In this document: positions 59,723-64,000 of the stretch, piece by piece | Layout: the number at the start of each line of letters is the position of its first letter | Position numbering within the stretch: the stretch's first letter is position 1 | Source: Dehalococcoidia bacterium | GTDB lineage: Bacteria; Chloroflexota; Dehalococcoidia; Lucifugimonadales; UBA3495 | NCBI GenBank assembly: GCA_965219925.1 | Contig: OZ244795.1 | Span: forward strand, 1,543,395 to 1,607,394 | Length of the DNA stretch: 64,000 bases | Reading direction: 5' to 3' | Translations under genes and position numbers: made by a program | The notes under the pieces: generated by a model | The model's database searches: none | What the model saw: only the letters and a program-made list of their open reading frames with translations | What the model was told of the DNA's origin: nothing

Positions 59723-61075
59723 GTTCACGTCGCGTAACTGTTCAGAGTTGGGGGGAAGCGAGGAGTTGTCGGCAGGTGGTGAGGGGTTGAGGCCCTGTGC
59801 TCTCCAGGAGCCGAAGATTGAAGCCAGCGTCATCTTGGTTTCGGTGCCCTGCTGCGAGCGGGTTCCTCCGCTGATCTTGCGACTGATCACCAGCGGCCGC
59901 AGGCTGCGCTCGGCGGCGTTGTTATCCGGTGGCACTTCCGGTTGGCCCATGAAGACGAAGAGTTCCTTGACGTGCTTCTCGATGCGTCGGCACAACCTGG
60001 CCTGAACCGCCGACGGGTCATCCAGGTAGGGACGGCAGAGGGCCAGCAGGCGCCTTTCCAAAGCCAGTTGGGTGGTGCGTCGCTGTTGCTCCGACGGATG
60101 GGTAAAGGCCGCGGCCTGGCGGTAGAGTTGGTGGACCGCGTCAGCCCACTGTGTCAGCCGATGGTCCTGTGGGTAGAGTGTACGCAAGTCGTGGATGTCC
60201 CGCAGGAGGTGGGCCCAGCAGCGTTGCTTGGGGCCGTCGTAGTGGTGATAGGCGGCGTAGAAGTCGCTGACCAGCACACCAGCAAACTCCTCCCCCAGGA
60301 CTTCGTCCACCACGGCCTTGCCCCGACCTCGCCGCAGGAAGTACCGCAGGGTGGGCGTGCTAAAGGTCCACACGTAGCCGTTGTGTCCGTCCTCCCGCCA
60401 GCCGGTCTCATCGGCGTGGACCACCGGACTGCCTCGGACCCGCTCCACTATGGTTTCCATCACCCCCTGGGCTTTGCGGGCCACCCGTTGCGTGGCAGCC
60501 ACGATGGCCCCCACGCTGAGATGCAGTCCATGCACGGTGTCCAGGTACCACTGGATGGTGCGCCAGGGCAGCCTGGCCTCCTCGCGCAACGCGGCAATCC
60601 GGCTGACCAGGTTCACTCCCAACCGCTGCCGGTCCAGCACCACGCCGTCGAGTTGCGCGGTGGGCGTACAACGCCGTTGGCACTGCGGGCAGGTGCGGGC
60701 GAGGTAAGCGTGCTCAGTTACCTCCACCGGAACCTGGGGCAAGTCGATGACTTCCCGTGTCCGCTGGGTCCAACCGCCGGACAACTGGGTTCCACAGTCG
60801 GGACACTGTTCCACCACATGCTCCACTCGCTGGGTAGGCGTCGTGCGGGTCCGGGCAAAGCCGTGGGGTCGAGGCTGGCGTGGCTTCTTGGGTCGATCCG
60901 GCTTCTGCTCGGATTTGGACTTCAGACCGGGCATCCTTCCCGAAACCCTGGATTTGGCCCGCCCTTCCAACTGGGCAATCCGTTTCTCCAGGTTCTCGAT
61001 GATGGCCTGCTGCCGAACGATGATCCCAATCAGAACATCCCGGTCGGCGGTGGTGAGGTCGATTTCATGCTCCAT
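59618..61075 (-). CDS. IS66-family transposase, C-terminal tail frameshifted and reading out of the element
   Basis: Zn-ribbon region QCPDCGTQL...CPQCQRRC. DDE region HADETGWRE...SDFYAAY...CWAHLLRD. After GLNP, a 1-nt shorter C-run shifts away from the frame that would give LTTCRQLLASPQL-stop inside the IR. Confidence 0.75.
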   Translation of the reverse strand: MEHEIDLTTADRDVLIGIIVRQQAIIENLEKRIAQLEGRAKSRVSGRMPGLKSKSEQKPDRPKKPRQPRPHGFARTRTTPTQRVEHVVEQCPDCGTQLSGGWTQRTREVIDLPQVPVEVTEHAYLARTCPQCQRRCTPTAQLDGVVLDRQRLGVNLVSRIAALREEARLPWRTIQWYLDTVHGLHLSVGAIVAATQRVARKAQGVMETIVERVRGSPVVHADETGWREDGHNGYVWTFSTPTLRYFLRRGRGKAVVDEVLGEEFAGVLVSDFYAAYHHYDGPKQRCWAHLLRDIHDLRTLYPQDHRLTQWADAVHQLYRQAAAFTHPSEQQRRTTQLALERRLLALCRPYLDDPSAVQARLCRRIEKHVKELFVFMGQPEVPPDNNAAERSLRPLVISRKISGGTRSQQGTETKMTLASIFGSWRAQGLNPSPPADNSSLPPNSEQLRDVNQGLSILPLPLWERAGVRGIACRRIVPYLTPSPSP

Positions 61076-61164
61076 GACCCCAACTTGACATAAACAGCCC
61101 AAAGGTCGCCAGCCATCGACAAACAACTTTTCAGCAATTCACCTCACCAACTCTGAACTGTTAC
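59734..61164 (-). mobile_element. IS66-family element (single-ORF type)
   Basis: Inverted repeats GTAACTGTTCAGAGTTGG / GTAACAGTTCAGAGTTGG. Confidence 0.8.
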
Positions 61165-61205
61165 TCATCACCCTCACGCGTTTCGACCGGGGATCGTTCG
61201 GTGAT

Positions 61206-61904
61206 ATGATTACCCTCGGCCAACGCGCCGCGGGAGTCCCAGTGCTTATCGATTTGCACACTCACACCTACCCGAAATCCGATGACAGTTTCGTTTCCGT
61301 AGATGATTTGATTGAGGCGGCTAAAGCCCGCGGCCTCGATGGAATTTGCCTCACAGAACACGACGATTTTTGGCCCCCGGAATCCACCGCCGAATTGACT
61401 CGTCGCCACGGCATCCTCGTCTTGCCCGGCTGCGAAATCAACACCGATGTCGGCCACGTCCTCGCCTTCGGTTTGCACCGGTACCGCTTCGGAATGCACA
61501 AACCCGAATTCCTGCGCGCGGAAGCCGACCGCGCCGGTGCAGTCTTGGTAGCCGCTCACCCATACCGCCGCCGTTTTTTATCAGAGCCCGGTTCAGACGC
61601 AAATCAGAGGGCAGACATGTTAGCTCGCGCGCTGGCAGATCCCATGCTTGGGTTATTCCACGCCGTAGAATCTCAAAATGGTCGTGGTTCCGCAGAAGAA
61701 AACCGATTCGCTGACGAGTTGCGCTGCAATCTCGGTTTGCCAGGAACCGGCGGAAGCGATACCCACCGGATTTTTCAGATGGGAACCGCCGCCACCCTGT
61801 TTGAACGGAAAATAGCATCGTTGAGCGATCTCATTGCCGAACTCGAAGCCGGACGTATGCAGCCCTTGAATTTGGCCGGCTCGGCTGTCGTCCCTCCCAC
61901 CTGA
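61206..61904 (+). CDS. PHP domain metal-dependent phosphoesterase
   Basis: LIDLHTHTYPKSDD...GLDGICLTEHDDFW...AAHPYR...GGSDTH. Confidence 0.75.
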   Translation: MITLGQRAAGVPVLIDLHTHTYPKSDDSFVSVDDLIEAAKARGLDGICLTEHDDFWPPESTAELTRRHGILVLPGCEINTDVGHVLAFGLHRYRFGMHKPEFLRAEADRAGAVLVAAHPYRRRFLSEPGSDANQRADMLARALADPMLGLFHAVESQNGRGSAEENRFADELRCNLGLPGTGGSDTHRIFQMGTAATLFERKIASLSDLIAELEAGRMQPLNLAGSAVVPPT

Positions 61905-62035
61905 ATCCATCTATCCATTGGGTCGCGCAGTGTAGAGTATCCCAACGCGGTCCGAAACTCCGACCGGTCAATGCTGCCGCCTAACGTCAATTCGGTTCAG
62001 TTTTCACTCGGCCACCCACATAGCGGAACAGGACA

Positions 62036-63019
62036 TTGCCACCTGTATTGCAAATAGAAGACCTTCATGTAGAGTTCCGAGTCCCCAACGGAATTGTGCA
62101 CGCCGTGAACGGTGTTTCCTTCGCTCAGGAAGAGGAAGAGGTTTTCTGTATCGTAGGCGAAAGCGGAGCCGGGAAGAGTGCGCTGGCTCTCGCGGTAATG
62201 GGGCTGCTTCCGGATAACGGTTTCGTGACCAGGGGTCAGGTCGTTTTCGACGGCGTCGATCTGGTTACCGCGCCCGAAGAATATATTCGGCGACTCCGCG
62301 GCAAAACTATGTCGCTGGTTTTCCAGGACGCGCAGGCCGCCCTGAACCCGGTTCAAACCGTCGGGGCCCAATTGACCGAAGTAATCATGACCCACTCGCC
62401 GTTGAACCGGCGGGCCGCCGCCGCCGTCTGCCAGGAGATGCTGCGCGAGCTGGGGGTGCCAGACCCCAGACGCATCATGGGAGCCTATCCGTTCACGCTC
62501 AGCGGCGGCCAGTGTCAACGGGTCATGTTGGCCATGGCTCTCGTAATGCGGCCCCGCCTGTTAATCGCCGACGAGGTGACATCCAGCGTGGACGTTACGC
62601 TGCAGGCCGAAATTCTGGAAAGGCTGAAGGAACTGAGTCGGGATTCCAAGTCTGCGATCCTGTTGATCACCCATGACATGGGAGTCGTGGCGAATATGGC
62701 GCGCCGGGTAGGGGTGATGTATGCCGGGCGACTGATCGAACACGCCGGTTTGTTGCCTTTGTTCCAACAACCCCGGCATCCCTACACCTGGGCGCTATTG
62801 CAGTCGTTGCCCAGGCTGGACGCTGCCGGACACCGTCTACGGGCCTTGCGCGGCTCCCCTCCCGACCTGATAGACTTGGGCGAACAATGCCCGTTCCTGC
62901 CGCGTTGCCCCAAAGCCATTTCGCGTTGCCGGATCGAGGATTCTCCAGCGCTGGTTGAATTGACGGACGGACACTACACGTCCTGTTTCAATCCGATTTT
63001 GTACCCGGAAGGGGAATAG
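62036..63019 (+). CDS. ABC transporter ATP-binding protein (Opp/Dpp D-type)
   Basis: Walker A GESGAGKS, signature LSGGQCQRV, Walker B LLIADE, and a C-terminal oligopeptide-type extension. Confidence 0.85.
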   Translation: MPPVLQIEDLHVEFRVPNGIVHAVNGVSFAQEEEEVFCIVGESGAGKSALALAVMGLLPDNGFVTRGQVVFDGVDLVTAPEEYIRRLRGKTMSLVFQDAQAALNPVQTVGAQLTEVIMTHSPLNRRAAAAVCQEMLRELGVPDPRRIMGAYPFTLSGGQCQRVMLAMALVMRPRLLIADEVTSSVDVTLQAEILERLKELSRDSKSAILLITHDMGVVANMARRVGVMYAGRLIEHAGLLPLFQQPRHPYTWALLQSLPRLDAAGHRLRALRGSPPDLIDLGEQCPFLPRCPKAISRCRIEDSPALVELTDGHYTSCFNPILYPEGE

Positions 63020-63026
63020 CTGGAAC

Positions 63027-64000
63027 TCAGCCCCTGCGAGACACGGTTCCCGAATACATTGTAGCCAGTTCCGCCACCAACAACTCCAGCGAAATCGCCG
63101 GTTCAAGCTCCCCACGCTTGACCGCCACGTCGCTTCGCAACAACCGTTCGTACATCTGAACAATTTGATGCATCGACATCCGGCGGGCTTGTTCCAGCGT
63201 CTTTCGAACCACGAAATCGGAGTTGGTACCCAATCGCCGGCCCATATCACCTCGATCCACTCCGCGGTCGATCAGATCTCGCGCTATTGCCAGCAACCGC
63301 AATTGTCGCTCTATCATCGCCGCTATGTACTGAGGTTCGCGCCCATCGCCGAGCAACCGGCGCAACAATTGCATTGCATCCCCGCCGCGTCCCGCCACGA
63401 TGGCATCTACCGCCGTGAATATGTTGGCTTCCTGAGCGTAGGGAACCATCTCCTTCACGTCGGATTCAGAGATGGCTTTGTCTCCCGCGAACAAAGATAA
63501 CTTCTCCAGCTCCCGATCCAACGCCCAAAGATCATTGCCCACCATCTCGGAAATCGCCCGGATTGCGGGTGGCGAGATATTCGCACCCTTTTCCTCTGCC
63601 GAGCGCTTGATCCATTGGTCTAATCCCTGGCCGCTGGGCGCCGTTTGCTTGTGCACCGTGGCCTGGTCCCGCAATTCCCGCAACAACGGATTGCCGTCGG
63701 ACACAACTCCATCGGTCAAAATGAGCAGCGTCGTCGGGGGCATGTCAGGGATGGCCGCAACAACCTGGCTCCATCCCTCCGGGCCGCCGCCTCTTCGGGT
63801 ACGTCGCCCACGCCCGCCACCTCGGGAGCGGCCCGAGGCGGTACTCTCCTGGGTTGCCAGCGCCCCCTCCAGCTCAATCAGGCGGACGGAATCAAGAAAC
63901 GGCAACGAACCACACATAGCCACCACTTCGGCAGGAACGGCGTCTGATGCAACAACCCGCTGCCGATTGGAATCTATCAGATCTTGAGCGCACGCCTCCG
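63027..64000 (-). CDS. holA: DNA polymerase III delta subunit (N-terminus beyond window edge)
   Basis: C-terminal holA pattern (AIRAISEMVGNDLWALDRELEKLSL...ANIFTAVDAIVAGR...QLLRRLL). The frame stays open upstream of the track's start, out to position 64000. Confidence 0.75.
   Translation of the reverse strand, partial: EACAQDLIDSNRQRVVASDAVPAEVVAMCGSLPFLDSVRLIELEGALATQESTASGRSRGGGRGRRTRRGGGPEGWSQVVAAIPDMPPTTLLILTDGVVSDGNPLLRELRDQATVHKQTAPSGQGLDQWIKRSAEEKGANISPPAIRAISEMVGNDLWALDRELEKLSLFAGDKAISESDVKEMVPYAQEANIFTAVDAIVAGRGGDAMQLLRRLLGDGREPQYIAAMIERQLRLLAIARDLIDRGVDRGDMGRRLGTNSDFVVRKTLEQARRMSMHQIVQMYERLLRSDVAVKRGELEPAISLELLVAELATMYSGTVSRRG

Overview
High-GC bacterial chromosomal segment. Blocks of ordinary metabolic genes are interleaved with a very dense mobilome. 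The metabolic genes are: amidase, LLM/F420-type oxidoreductase, citrate synthase, a DUF1800/DUF1501 pair, an NHL propeller, DUF35 plus thiolase, two SDRs, MFS, VOC, Rieske oxygenase, two amidohydrolase_2 genes, aldo/keto reductase, HPP, alpha/beta hydrolase plus CMD, PHP, an ABC ATPase and holA. Downstream of a tRNA-Ser(UGA) lies an intact type I R-M operon in the order hsdR, MITE, RHH/antitoxin/ParE-like toxin cassette, hsdS, hsdM. Behind it is a graveyard of defence-like genes: a multiply frameshifted P-loop NTPase with a nuclease-like N-terminus, an IS-split hypothetical gene, an XRE-ImmA/IrrE fusion with a frameshifted partner, and a UvrD-like helicase stump. I read IS elements or stumps of at least eight kinds (IS21 x2 stumps, IS5, IS427-like x2, IS1182-like, IS701-like pieces, IS630 x3, IS1380, IS66). 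I also read at least a dozen MITE-like repeats, several with readable target-site duplications. No CRISPR array, rRNA or integrase was seen. The most unusual sequence-level observations are: (a) a 25-26 nt hairpin micro-insertion (CCCCGT..ACGGGG) found inside three different mobile elements; (b) MITE families with unrelated interiors but shared CAGGGC termini and 9-bp duplications; (c) the three-gene TA cassette nested inside the R-M operon; (d) IS630 copies inserted at or abutting the terminal TA of other mobile elements. I did not find a convincing intact novel multi-gene system; the candidates are flagged with modest scores. All calls come from reading the translated ORFs and the DNA by eye. 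No database search was run, and the boundaries of degraded elements are approximate.
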